From Phoronis australis (taxonomy: Eukaryota; Animalia; Phoronida), in contig NMRA01000292.1 of assembly GCA_002633005.1 (NCBI GenBank), forward strand, positions 333,328-397,327: 64,000 nt of DNA, written 5' to 3'. The notes beneath the pieces are model-generated. The model ran no database searches, had not been told where the DNA came from, and saw only the letters and a list, made by a program, of their open reading frames with translations. Both the position numbers and the translations under genes were made by a program. Numbering within the stretch: the first letter of the stretch is position 1; the number at the start of each line of letters is the position of its first letter. Positions 1 through 14,300 of the stretch are shown here, one piece after another.

Positions 1-720
1 GGCGTCGTGGAGCCTTAAGAGTTAATCGGACGTCGATGTGCTTTTAAAAGTAAATAGGACGTCTTTAAGAGTTAAGGGAAAGTCGCTGTGCCTTTAAGAT
101 GTACAGGGACGGCAATGTGAGTGAAAGGGACATCGCTGTGCCTTTCAGTTTTAAAGGGTCGGCGCTGAATACATCAGAGTTAATGGAACGTTTAAGGGTA
201 CCTTTGAGACGTCTCTGCGCCTTTAATATTTTAAGAGACGACACAGTGCCTTTGAGAAATAAAGGGATGTCGCTATGCCTTTAAGAATTAGAGGGACAGC
301 TCTATACCTTTCAGAGTTAAAGAGACGTCGCTGAACACTTAAGAGTTAAATGGACATTGTTGCACCTTTAAGAGTTAAGGGAACGTTGTGGTGCCTTTAA
401 GATGTAAAGGGACGGCAGGGTGCATTAAAGAATGAAAGAAACACCGCTTTACCTTCCAGATTTACCGGAACAGCACTATTCCTTTCAGATTTAAAGGGAC
501 GTCACTGTGCTTTGGTGAGTTAAATGGACATCAACGTGCATTAGGATTTCATGGTACGTCTGGAGCCTTTAAGAGCTAAAGGCACGAAACTGCGCCTTTA
601 AGTATTAATGTAGTGGGACGTGGCAGTGATTTGAATGAGTGCCACTGTGTCTTTCAGAGATAAAGAGACGCCGTCCCCCGTATTAAGGCAATGTTGCAGT
701 GCCTTTAAGAGTTAAAGAAC
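1..720. repeat. Degenerate ~29-bp tandem repeat (minisatellite)
   Basis: Unit approximating gcctttaagagttaaagggacgtcgctgt recurs with many substitutions; runs off the window start. Confidence 0.8.
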
Positions 721-2077
721 GCCGTGCTACCTTTGACACTGCTTTTCAGCACAAATAATGTCACTATATGAACCCATTATAATTTCGTTCGTACGTCGCT
801 CAATCCTGAATTCCGTGAGTACTGAATAAAAAGTTGTGATCAACTGATTTGATGTGTTTATTAGATAACGCACATGTACACTTGCAATTAAGTATTCAAA
901 TGATACATCAATAATTAAATAGCTAAGTGAATGAAGACATTCATGTTACCAGGGCATCACCAAAAAGTTAAATTTTATTCCAACGGTGGTTCATACAAAG
1001 TTATAATATATAATACAAGGAATGCATAATATATAATATAATGTAATATAATATAACATAATAAACCATACAACGCTACATGTAATACGGAATCAGCTGT
1101 TCCGAGGGAACATAGGTATCGTGAATTGTTTTTAGTGGTAAGATCAAACATTAGGAAATACCAGTTTCTCTGTTATTGAAAGACTTAGAAAATGCACATT
1201 ACAAGAATCTTTAAGGCCATATCAGATGCACGCAGTACTGAGATCCAATGAAACCGTGATTTAAAATCTCGTGGCGAAATATATTTTTGGCAAGTGAAAC
1301 ATTTGCTGCGTTTAAAAAGTTTTGGATTCGATGACTGATGTGGATACTAGGTTGTAGTCAAACATTGCTACTTCTAGCGTCATATAAATGACGAGGCTTG
1401 AAAGCAGAGATGTTACATGTGTTATCATTATTATGAACAATTTCAGTTGACTTACTTTGTTCTCAATTTTACGTCAATCGACAGACTGAAAACGATGAAA
1501 AGTGATACGATAGCAAGGGTGCAAACCCAGTAATAGCTGCCATTGTTTCGTGACAATCTCTTATTCTCATGAATCAGCGACCCCACGTGTAATACTGTAT
1601 CTATGATATGCGTTGCCTTAACAACTAAGAAGGCATGTACGTCCTACAGCATAAAACAAGTTCAATAACTTGTTGATCGAACCCAGATACAAAGTCATGT
1701 GGTAGAACATTCTTAAAAAAACCCTTTTAGCTGTGTATAAAGCGAGAACTGTTGGGTATGACGTTCGCTTCTGAGGATGGCACCTGCATTAGAAAGCTTG
1801 ATGCCAACTTACACAAACGTTAGGTGCGTATACATATTCTTTATATTTTGCTCGAGCTCGACGTCATGATGCCCACTGTCGTAAGTCAATGCCGCGTTCA
1901 AAGGCATGATGGAAAATAAAGTACTTAATAGTCTTTGCAAACAAATACCATTTGAGATGTAATCTCATACAGAGCTTTTGAATACGCGTATTTTAAGTTA
2001 CTCAAAGCGTAATGGATAACACAGAGATTTAGATTTCACTCGGGAATTCCACTGAAATCGCGTCAAAAAAATCAAGA

Positions 2078-2349
2078 TCAATTGCTTGCCGCCATGTATT
2101 TCCAGTCAGCTTGGGTTGTGTCTACCTCGACCACTTCCACTTCTACGTTGAGACACTCGCAGTTCTCCTCCTCATGGTTTAACACATCTCTGAGTTTAAA
2201 ATTCATAGATCTAAATTCAGCATAGCGATTGCAATAGACGATACATTCAAATTCCCTTATCACTGACGTTCTTTTAATCAAGTCTGTTGCTTCACGATAA
2301 ACAATTTTTCCACCATTTTTGTGCATGCTCAGATCGGATGAGCCCTCCT
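2078..2349 (-). CDS. Gene A exon 16 (terminal): PAN/Apple-like domain
   Basis: ttttacag| phase 1; ECIVYC...SMNF...NCECL...WKY; TGA at 2078; homologous to 51060-51331. Confidence 0.85.
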
Positions 2350-5300
2350 CTGTAAAATATAAAAGGTAGATTTTCAAACTCTGGAAACTGAAAGCTTAGG
2401 TGTACAGATTTATTGAACTGTAGATCGCAAATTTCTGCATGTCAAAACAAGAGCAACGCGGAGCTATGATATGCGCCCACCGCGTTTGTCACGTATAAGT
2501 CCCGTGATGCCCATTATTTCAAACATTACCACTAAACGGAGAATGCTATTCAACTTAAAACAACCTCTCTACGGGGAAGCAAAGCACGGTCAGAAATGCT
2601 CTCCTCAACAGAAACGCACGTGTCACCCTTCATCATGATTCTTCACGCACTTTGGAGCCGGATACTAGGGAGGCGGACAACAAAGAAATTAACAAAAACA
2701 ATAAAAATGCCTTTTTGCGGCGCACCGCAGGTCAAATCTGTGAAACTGAGCTTGTGCTGTAGTCTGCGTGATCATAACTTATTTGCCAAATTTCATAAAC
2801 ATCCACCAAGGAACTTGATAAATATCAAGACAAACTAAAAGACGAACAAAACTGCTACTAGGGGACCCGCTCTAGTCGGATTTGACCATAAAGGCACACA
2901 CCTACCTCATGAAGATCCGTCAAGAAACGTGGTAGATATGGAGTCACAGAAAGAAACAACAAAATTTACACAGACCTATCTTAAAATCATCCTCATCCAT
3001 GAGAGGGTGAGTTGAAACTCTCGGTCATTCCACGTTCCCCAATTAAGACCCTAATGCCGACTCATAGAACGGTCGTAATCCAAAACAGTCTTATTTATCC
3101 AGTTTGAACAGCAATTTTAAGAATTCATTTTCACATCTATACCACTGTTCTGAAAATTCAAGGTCACGCCGACATTTTAGCCAATCATCACACAGGCAAA
3201 GGCAATGAGAAACTTGAGATTCACCATGTAGTGCTTGTGAAACAACGACCTGTCTGCAGGAGTGCATTCAGGTCACCTGAAACCCAGTACGAGCTCCCAA
3301 TGGTTTTGAAAAACTTTCTGTTCTGGCTATATTTAACTTCAGATGTTAAAAAGAAGACATTTTCGTCACCCTTGACCAAAAACCGTTTAAGATGCAGCAG
3401 TGGTAATGTAAAATGCTCGGTTTTCAAGGAATTTGTCGACGTAATTATGAAAAAGTAGTATGCAGACATTTAAATGAAAAAGCAGCGACGTAACTACGAT
3501 AATCTCTCGAATTGTACCACTTTCTTAGGCGTGCCGCCTGTGGCCATCCGTATCCTCAACCCCCTTAGCTACGCCACGTTAACACGACAAGTAAATGGGC
3601 GCGGACGATAGGAAAACACTGAGTAAATTAGCATTATTTGGAATTTAAAATGGCCTTACTGAACCTTGGAAGGTAACGCCCTGAAATTTCAAGCGTATGA
3701 TGGGTATGGTTGCGCATGCTGGAGCCATAAGAACCGCTGTTACGTCTGTTCGTGTAACCGATGGGCATGTAGGCCTACCTTTGTTTTCACAAAACTGCCC
3801 GTACGTGTTCTTCCGGCAGATACACGTGTATGTACCGTTCCCAGGGTGGTATTTCACTTTACTCATTCTCTTACAAGGGCTAAATATCGGGCGCTTGTTG
3901 AAGATGGTTTCCGTTATGTAGTATCTGATGTTCGTGGGCTGCGCGTAAGAATTCACGAAGCCTGTAGAAGGTCTTGTCAAAGCACCTATAGTTGGCGTGA
4001 CCGAGTTGGACGTAGTCAAAACTCCTTCGTCTTCCTGACAAGAAACAAATTGTAAAGTGATGAAAACGTAAGAGAACAATTTCTTTCAAGAAAAGTTAGT
4101 AGAAATATTTTGTATTCATCGTTAATACGACGTAACGACTCACAGTTAGAGGCTGGGACTTCAGTCGCCATCTCAGTTGCAATGGGAGACTTACAAGAAG
4201 AAACTTGGCGACTGATCACGTAGTACCGGATATTAGTGGCCTTTTTAGTAGAGGACGAGGAGGCACTGTCATTTTTGTTTAAAGAGGAAGGCAATCTTTT
4301 GGCGTCACTTTTTGCCTGGTTCAAATACGAATTTTCTGGTTATCCTAGAGGCAGTTTGAAGTTAATCAAATTTCGCGAGAGCTAATTAATTAGGTATGAA
4401 TCAATCGGATTAGTGACGTTCGCGACCCAAGTCATTTCCTGCCATCTTTGTTTGCATGCACGTCGGACTGTGTTTGTTTCATTATGTTTGTCACCTTGTA
4501 CCAAATTAGACCGTATGCATCATTTGTCTTTTCGCTGGACCTTACAGAATGCTTGGAGGTTGTTGCGTACCAGAATGGACGCATTATGAGCTCTCAAAGG
4601 GTACAGGGGCTCCATTTCACCGATTTGCAATGGTATTGGAGTTGGCTCTTCCGTGTCAAGAACGCAGCGCTGCACGTTCACGTCACGGCTAAAGCGGTTC
4701 AAACCTATCGTGCGAATGTCCTCGTGACACGTACACAGATATAAGTAAGGCACTTCCAAAACATGTTCTGATGAAGGACACCATGTCATTGCTATTTCCC
4801 TTGATATGCTCTCTCGCCACCTGCTTGAGTGACTTTTTGAAACTCAGAGTGTCGCAAGCTGTACCCGCTGTACTGATCAGGCCACGGAACTGGTGTCACC
4901 CGTACGTGTGAACAGTCACCGCAGCGTCCGACGTGAAGGCCAGTAACCAGCGCAGCTTCACTCCGTGCTAGTGCGGCATCTGCACCCCAGAACCTATGAG
5001 CAGCCCTTTATTTTACAGCAGCTGAGTGTTTTAAGCTTGTCGTACTCCCATTTTAACATCCACATTCCACTTGGGTTGCCATGGAATACACTTTGAGCAT
5101 TTGCGCCATAAGATTCCAGTACGTCTGGGATCGACGTCTTGTCCACCTCCCTTGATCGCTGCCTGAGCCTGTGCGTATCCAGCCTCTGCGTACCTCAGTT
5201 CATCCTCATTTTCATTGGTTGAATCCCACTCAACTGAGTTTTAGGTCAATATACAGTTGTTCGAGAATTCTCGCGTCGAAGACAAGTTACTGCAATTTTT

Positions 5301-8300
5301 GGTAAATATTATACAATCAATAGATGATCACAATCATGGGCGGCGCACCATAGGGGCCTGGGAGGTACAGCCCCTCCACTTTTTTCAGTGCTGCGCCGCT
5401 GGTGACAATATGTCGTTGCTCAAACAACGAAATGGCCGTGAACGTCACTTCCAGAGTGACTCACTTACAACCGAATAAAACCAGGGCAAATTTGTCTAGG
5501 ATAACCACAAAATGACTCCAGAAATAGCTGTCTTCCCTTCTAAAGCGTATCACGTCCAACCACACATACATTAAATGTGTCTTTTCACCAAGTCGAAACG
5601 TTTCCCTCGGCCACCCGCAGCGAAGGAGAAGTACATCCTGCTATAGTCACTTGACGATAAGAGTAACCTGTGCCTCGTGATCAGTCCCCATTGCTTCCTG
5701 AACGTCTCCCATTTGAGATCCTCATGTCATGCTAAACCGTTGCTTTGTCATTTAATAGCTTATTTATAAGAGGAGGCTGTGGAAATAGTTCGTGAAATAT
5801 GTACAAGTCTGAATATCAGTTAGGGGAAACACCATTCACTGTACAAAAAGTATTGGTAACTGGGACAATTATCGAAAACAATACATGTGACCTCTGTTAC
5901 TTCTGTGAACACACTTAAACGGGTTCGTACTAAACCCCGGTTCGACGATTTTATCCAAAACTTATTCTATCAACTACTCTTCCACAACTATATCCTTCCC
6001 ACAGTTGTAAAACAATTTATCTAAGACAATACCGAATCAATTTACCACAAAGTGAATCTTCTTGTTCGAGACTGGCAGCCTTTCCTATAACCGTCGAAAA
6101 ACTTACCCAAAGCTTACATGCCTGTCGCCGTCACTCGCCGATTTTGTAAGCAGTCTTAAACTTGTTATAAAATTTTAAGAATTGACCAAGATCACAAAGC
6201 ATAATTTGATTCAAAGATTCAAATATGACCTGTTCAAAGCTTCAGCTACTACTTAATTAAGTATCAGGTCAATTGCACGAGACACAATATAGTACTTACA
6301 ATATATGAGCGTTGTCTATCGTCAATGGCTACAGTTATCCTGAGAATGGTGGTTAGGAGGACTTGCACTCATATGATGAAGTTCCCACCTTGGACCACGT
6401 GATACATTGCCATTAATGTTATAAAGAGAGTACTGACCTACGTGACGATTCGTCGACAAATCAGCTCCAGTGTCACTGACTGCCCATTGTGCTACCCACA
6501 ACCATATTACAAGCTGGGATAATGCCAGCTAAAATCCTTGCCCCTAGCTACATACGCAAAAGACTATTAATTAGGAAAGCGGGCGACATGATCATAGGTC
6601 AGTACCCTCTATCTGATACTTATGCCATCGTATTACGTGGCCCAAGCCGGAAAGTTCATCACGTGACCGCATTCTGAGGATGACCGAAGCCATTGATGGT
6701 AGAAAATGTTCAATTTCCTATAAGTATTCGATTGTTTGGTGTGAAGTTCGCCAACCGGATCAAATTATTTAATGAGATACGTCTACATCATTTAAAATGT
6801 CTTAACACTCCAAAACAGGATCCAGTGTCATTTCAATGCACTTACTTTTAAATATGGTACGCACTGCGACAATAGTGATTTGACCACATCCTTATTCTGG
6901 TGCTGAACGACCCGTGGCCAGGTTGTGTTTTGACATTCCGATGCGAGCATGGAGTTTCCAACACGAGTCGTCCAGATACCATAAGTGGTGTGATCAGCCT
7001 CAATACGATAGTGGAAAAAGTCGCTCTTGGAGACTGTTCTTAAATGTTTATTCAAAATCGGAAGGATTGAGTAGTCCCCCTCACCAGGTAAAGAGGTGCG
7101 AAGCAATTTTTTAGTAGACCACTTGTCGGATACGGCACTCAGAACCATCATCCATCCAATACGCGATGCCAGTTCGCAATAGACTAGGGTATTAATGCCA
7201 TTTATATTGATGAAATGCCAACCGGTTACAGCTTTTGGATACCGGAGCTTCAGTTGAGCGCAGGATCGGATTTTTCCAAAACCCTTGCAAGTAACCTTAA
7301 CATATTCATACGCGATATCCATAATCTCTTGGGCTGTTCCATTTTCATTCTGACTTGCAAAGTTCAGGACACACCTTTTCAGTGACAAAGAATAACTAAT
7401 GGATACGCACGTGCTCACTCCTTCGCACTCCCTTTTACAATCTTCCATTGTCGAAATGTCATTAACAGTCTTGTTAAGATAAGTCTGAAGAAGGATTCCC
7501 TGCTTTAAACCGTGCCACCCTATAGTACATGGAACACAACGTCTTTCATGTTTGGCCACTATCAAATTATCAAGAGTCCAGTTGCGTCCGTGGTATGATT
7601 TCATTTTCAAATAACAGTCATCGTTCGTCTCGTCGTAATACATTTCATAACAGTACCAGTCTTTGTCACATTCTATCGTGCATCGGTCTAAGCTAACGTT
7701 TTTGAATTTCTTGAAAGAAGTTCCAGTTATATTACTGTGTGTTCCAGTTTGGATCAAGACGTCAACCCCAGGACATTCTTTATGGAATACGGCGATGAAA
7801 CCACGGTTTTCTCGACTGCCATCTGATTTAAAGACCACATCCATTCGATGGCCACTCGACCTGATAGGAGCGGGTTTTGTGAAGCCGCAAAGTTTTTTAG
7901 TAATACGTGATCTCTTCTGCAGTGGGTCTCCAGCAAGAAAGAAATCTTGACGGCATTTGTAAGACTCTGCAATCTGAAATGGCAACGTTGTAATTAATGT
8001 TGTCGTCGAACACACCGACACACAAGTGTTGACAAATTGTTGAACTTATAAGTTGTTTCAAGGGCAATGTCCCATGAGAGTGTCTCACTACAGCAGAAAT
8101 TGAAACTAAAATTAATACGCCGTTAAGTAAACAACAGCATAGTTTCATTGTTTCACAACATTTCAAAGTATTAACGCTTTAACCATACTTACCGTGCGCG
8201 TGACTTACCCGTTATCTTAAGTTGAATTAATACGACACGCGATATGGAAAATGTAAATCCAATGGCAAAGAGAGTTTACTCCTTACCGTAGACAAATGAA

Positions 8301-11300
8301 AGCGTGCATTTCACTTGCAATACCCCAATAAATGAATACTCGAGTGTTATAATGTACACAAGCTTCGATGATCGGATTCGTTTTGCGCCGTTGGAATGGT
8401 GCAAATTACTGGCAATGACAGCGTTCCAGCAAATGCACTCTTACCCGGAAGTGAAAGAAGGTCAGCACTACTCTGTATGGTTTAGGGACTGTAATCCTCC
8501 AAGAACAATGCGTGTTCGAGAGGTAGTTATGATCTGGAAAATAAGAATCATATCATAATTTGAAAAACACTAGGCGTGTTTAACACAGCCTCTCCAGGAA
8601 AGGCAGTACTAAACGCAATTGTTATTCAGAAATGTAAATGAGAAACTTGATTATTTATGTTCAAATTCAAGTTTCCAATGAAATGATTGGAAAAATACCA
8701 GGCTCATTTTCATACAGAGGTTGTCAGGATGGGCTGACAGTATGTAAATCGCGTCTGTTTTTGTATGTTTGATTTGCCTTTGCCATTTTAATTTTTCCTT
8801 CTTTGCTGTTGTTTAAAGAACATTTGCGTTGATCCGCCCAAAAAAGAGCAACGATGGTTCACGTTATCTCATCACAGAAGCTAATGTGTTTCATCAGTTA
8901 ACATCGTACACTATCATACGCGAATAAAGGGGCAAGGGAATCCGTTACCCCCCACAAAGAATGCTGTAGTGGGGCGTAAGCGCACGTAGGCGCAGCCAAC
9001 CACCTTTTGGCATTTGAACGTAGCGCCTACACACCGTAAGTTACGTTCAGTGTTCAAGGTGATGTGGCGGTCTTTGGGCGCCTACTTACCTCTAATTTTA
9101 CCACTACAGCACTGCCCTTAGATGCGATCAAAAACCTCAAAAAAACGGAAACGACGCGCGTGTGCCGGTTTTAAGGTTTATGCCAACAGCTTTCTTCCAC
9201 AAATTGCAGTTGAGCCCTTACACGAAATCCAAGATCCGCCATTACCTTGATAACTGGTCTTGATGATGCCTTCGTCTCCTGCCACGTCTTTGTGGCCACT
9301 GCATCTGTCGAAGTTGTCATAACAGAATACTCCTGCATCGTATTTGTGATTATAACCGCAGTTAGTCCATCCAAAGCCTCTCTGTGTCGGGCAGTCAAAC
9401 AGACTAAACCCTGGACCATGCGGCGGGCAGGCACTGTGGGAGAACATCAAATACACTGGCCCTGTACCTTTTCCTGCATAACCATGGGCCTGATACCGTC
9501 CGTAGTTGTACGGATAACCGAATTCGTGACACAGAGCTTTAGAATGATGCCATCCAAAATAACTGTGACACACTGTTCCCAAGTGACCAGAGAAGTCTAG
9601 CTCCACGTAGCCATAGTTTGACCGTCCACCTTGCAGTCGATATTCTTCATAATATTCTACACAAAAACACACTTTTCGTTAAATCTGTTTGCAAAATTAC
9701 GCATACTCAACAAAGAAAAAAAAGTTAACTTGGCCAGATTAACTTCAATTTGTAAAATTTAAAATTTTAACAGCAATACAGCGTAGTCAGTTCAATTTCT
9801 ATGCACAGAATATGCATGCATCCAACTACAAAACATGCAACAAGGCTGCCACTAAAAATGTACATTCACTTTTGCATCAAGCAAATATTGTTTCGGGCTC
9901 ACCGTCAGCGTCTGTACAGAAGACCGCGGCGTCACCATACGTGTAATGCTGTTGACAGGAATCATGGCCGCCAAAACCATCATGGTCGCAGTCAAGGATG
10001 CTTGACTCACTTCCATTGCATCTCAAATTATTCATCCAGTTCATCATATTTTGCATTGAGTAATACGGTTTGGCCACACCTATCTTATACCTATAAAGGA
10101 CATTGAAACCCACTGTGAACGCAAGAGGGCGACACTTCACAGTGCATTGTCTCATTTGTACATTTGCCAATAAATGTGTGTTAGCTGGGGGTGTCTTCGA
10201 TCAGGGACAAGGGCCTAATCTTTGTAACTGAAATTGAACTTGAAGTTATTTTTGGTAACCGTGTTCTACTTTTGTGTGAAATCAATTTAATTGGCTACTG
10301 ATCTGTGGTCCAGTTTATTATGGTTTATACATAAAAATTTCTAGTCCAAGTTTACACTCGATGGGCCCTATATTCGTGCTACTCACTCGAAATTTCGAGT
10401 TCAGACTCGAATTTTTAGCCTTAATGGCGGGATAATCAAATGTAAACTAGGATTAGAAGTTGTCCACGTCACAGTCATTATGTACTCAAGCATAGAATAA
10501 GAGGCTCTAGGTTTCACACAAAAATAATATAGAAAATTCCAAAAATAATTTCGAGTTAGATTGTGAGTAAAAAGATTAGACTCCAGGCCCAGATCATACA
10601 ATGTGATCAGCTGTCTTGGTTTCAGGATATATCGTGATAGGAAGACTTTTTGCTGTGCCTGGTAAAGGTTTGTGGATTATCGTAAGAGTTTCACCTCTTT
10701 GGTAGCTAAGGGTTCTGCAGCGCGCGATCAAGGTTCGACCACCCTCCCTAAATTACTAGCAGTAACAAATGGCACATGCGAGTCACTGTCGTATGAATCA
10801 TGCTGGCGAACACCCCAAAATATATTTATTCATTGCATTATTCGTCATATTTTAACTGTTCCGGTGTTTCCTATATTCGCTTGCGCGCGTCGAAGTTACG
10901 TCGAAGACCGCCAGACAGTATACTTACCCCGCTTCCCTACAGGCCACTTGAGCGTCCTTGTCGTCAAACTCGTTGGAGCAGACAGTCCCATTTAGCCTGG
11001 CATATTCAACGAACACTAAACCATACGCCTGACCCGCAAATGCCAGCCCCTTTTGTATTGTCACTCTCCAGTCTGAAAGGAACGCGATAAAGAAACGCAA
11101 TGTCTTGCGTTTGAATCTTGTAACTGACACATTTACGAAATCGCACCTTCTGTCAATGCTTTCGGCACATATATTGACCAGCCTGATGAAGTCAATTCAA
11201 GTTCTTATTTTGGGATGTGTTTCATGAAAAGTGACTTAAGACTTGGGACAGAAATTTGGTCTTACTCTATACAAAAATATTTCTGAAAAATAAGTTAATC

Positions 11301-14300
11301 TCATTTCAACAAAAGTACAAAGTCGCTGAGGTTTCAAAACCGCTAGTTATTAAGACTCATTTAATAATTTATGTTTAGACTTTGCTATGGTAATAATTAC
11401 ATGACAAAACCTATATTGAGTCTTCAGTCAGTTTCCATGAAATAGGCCCCTGATCTCAAGCAACAATGAAAAGTCATTGCCTAAAAACACAGGGGTTGTT
11501 TTTACTCCGTGTAAGGAACATGTGGACTCTAATTTTATAGTGACAAGTGCTCTGATTATTTTTGATAGAATAGCATATAATAGCTAAAAATGTAGACACG
11601 TGACACGTGCAAAACAACGTCAGCTGTCATCAGCTTAAACTTCCATCAAAAGCTCAGAAACGCACTCGTTTACGATCTTTCAAATTTCCCTTATCAGCAG
11701 AATGCTCCTTCTTTTACTGGTAAACAGAATCACTTTCATTTTACAAACGAGTCTTAAGTGTTAAAGATGCTCCTAACTAGGTTAATGTATAGCAAGAAAT
11801 AAACGACAATGCTATTTTAACATAATCTACGCTAAACAAAGTGCAGTTGTATTCAATGACAACTTGTAAATGTGAAAACAAAAATCCTACAAATAGGTGA
11901 CCTTTGCACTATTGACGTACCTTGGGGGCTCACATAGCCCGCATCATGCAGTGGTATTCCCCAACACCATTGGACACGGTTGAGTGATTTACGGCGGATC
12001 ATTTTCGACACAAAACTCGTTCTTAAAAACATTTGGCAATTTTCAACGTACTTCATATTCACATCGTCGCTATATGTTTCTAATTAACTAGACCAAGCAA
12101 TCACAGAGATAAGGAATTAACGTTCACAACAGTAATCCTCATTGCCACCAAATGTCGTCAACTCTTACTTGCAAGAAGGTCCTCATTTTCTTCGTAGCAG
12201 ACGACACCGACGTCTTTATCATGTGAGTGCCAGTTTGTGAGTCCCTGTTGGTGTAACACTTCTCTGTCTTCTTTCCAGAAGTTATCCCCATAACCGGCAG
12301 CGTAGGAACAGTCCTGGTAGAATAATGTTAAAAAGATATCACGGAAGCTCAAATGTAAACTGGCTTTCTGCTCACTTTGAAGACAGAGGGACCGCATTGC
12401 CGTTGCCTGCTTCCACAGACAGATATGCGAGGATTTATTTTTCCATAAAGATTGCTTTAATGGGTGAGTAGTCTAAACATTTAAACAGCTTATTTCTACT
12501 TGCAGAAGACCAAGTGTCTGACTACAAGGATTAAGTAGTTACGTTCTCTTGTAATTTTAGGTGTGCAAACCTTACCATTACAAATTCATAAAACATGGAT
12601 TTCATACTCAACACTATACAGAAGAACATACCAAGCATCCTTTAGGTGATAACGAAAAGAATTCACCAATTGATCCTTTCGATGACAGTCCAACGCGAGG
12701 GGGAGTTATTGTGCTTAGCTTACATTGACCACACATGGATACAGTGGTCTACCACCTATGCGTTGTAAATCTATTTGTTCTAAGTTTTTAAGGTTTTTCG
12801 AACTGACTCCTGATCCTGACTTTTTAATGTTATTTGACAAGTTAAAAATCCTAACAGTTTGTTATTATGGGCTGAAAATTGGGGTTGAGAGCAAAGAGCG
12901 GAAATATATCTCTTACCTCCTGTGTCTGCATAAGGGGTAGTCACGTGCGTTGACTGAAAGAAGCCCACGATAAATGCTAATCAATTCGATTTCCGTTTAG
13001 AAAAGTGTTACATTTTAAGGCGTGTGGATTTCAATAAATGCATGACGTTCCGCATGGGGTCGGTAGTTACATGTAACTCTGGTTTCTGCAAAATGAACGG
13101 GTGAGAGTCTTCAACTTGTCCTGGATGAGACGATAGTCCATCGCAGGTCACCTCCCTGTCATGACTAGTACTCATTTATGCAGCTGAGTCGACTACAGAA
13201 CTGCAGCTGCGAGGAATCGAAGTCGACGACCTTTGGGTTGAGAGTGTACCACACTAACCCAGTCAATGGGAGTCAGTGGTGTAAAACAGATGCTAGGTCC
13301 TGTTTACTTTGTCCAACTTTAACGGAATATTTAACGTTTATGGGTATAATTTATTACTTACCGTTAGCTTAGTTTCTGTCCCCACGCAGGTTACGTTCTT
13401 CAGCCATTGCGGGTCCCTCCTCCAGTGTCGCCACATTCTACCCGGAGCTGCAATACCTCCAGCGAAGGGTTTATTCCCGTCGTATTCCAACTGTCTGCAA
13501 ACCACACTGGCTTCTGCGTTTGTCCACGTGCCTGGATCAGCGCTAACGGTTCCCCAGGTGTCTTTGTAGTGCATAAGCACGTGGCCGTATCTTCTGTGGG
13601 CGCTATGATCACCGTCATATATCCTCACTAAATTGTCATTACCGTACGTCTTGGTCGAAATATAACATAGCACACCGACCTCTGAATCTCTATAACGACA
13701 ATCTGGGTCCGGATAATGTTCTCCCCATTTAGAATCTATTGGACAATCCAGTAAATTGGTCTCACTTCCGGTGCAGTTCACATACTTCTTCCATATCGGA
13801 AGTCGATCACTACCCTCTTTCAATATTCCACAACAAAGCGGTATGGCGGCGTCATAGCTTTGCGCGCCAATTGTTGCTGCATAAGTTTTACACGTGACCA
13901 AAGCATCCTCGGTCGTCCAGTTAGGATCGGCGATCAGTCCAGGTGCGTCATAGTATGTTAAAACAACATGGCCGTATCTCCCGGTGAGCGTGTTCATAGT
14001 AAGAGTGACTTGAGTTGCTGAAAGAAGATGTCAAGTTAAGCTATGGGGATTATACACGCCTGCTTGTGGCCGTCGCTGATTTTAAGACGGGAATTCGGGC
14101 TAAGTTAAGCCCGAAAACGAAAATTCAGACATGAACACACAACGCAATGTCTGAAAGTAAGGCACAACTGCTAGCCAGAAGACGAGGCAACCAAGAGAGA
14201 GGGAGAGAAACTTTTATTTTTTAAATCATATAAAACACCCATTGTGGGTGGCCAGCAAAAGCACGGGCCGCTAACAGCTGACCACCGAGTAACAATAAAT

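Noticed and set aside
1-720. CRISPR-like periodicity
   Set aside because: Contiguous degenerate tandem units with no unique spacers, no cas genes, and a eukaryotic context.
1771-1800. Third hammerhead-like motif (ctgagga...gaaagcttg)
   Set aside because: Poor stem II, invalid cleavage triplet and no adjacent PLE coding remnant.
2975-3052. GLNWGTWNDREFQLTLSWMRMILR* resembling a fibrinogen C-terminus
   Set aside because: Preceded by an in-frame stop, no usable acceptor frame, and no counterpart in gene B.
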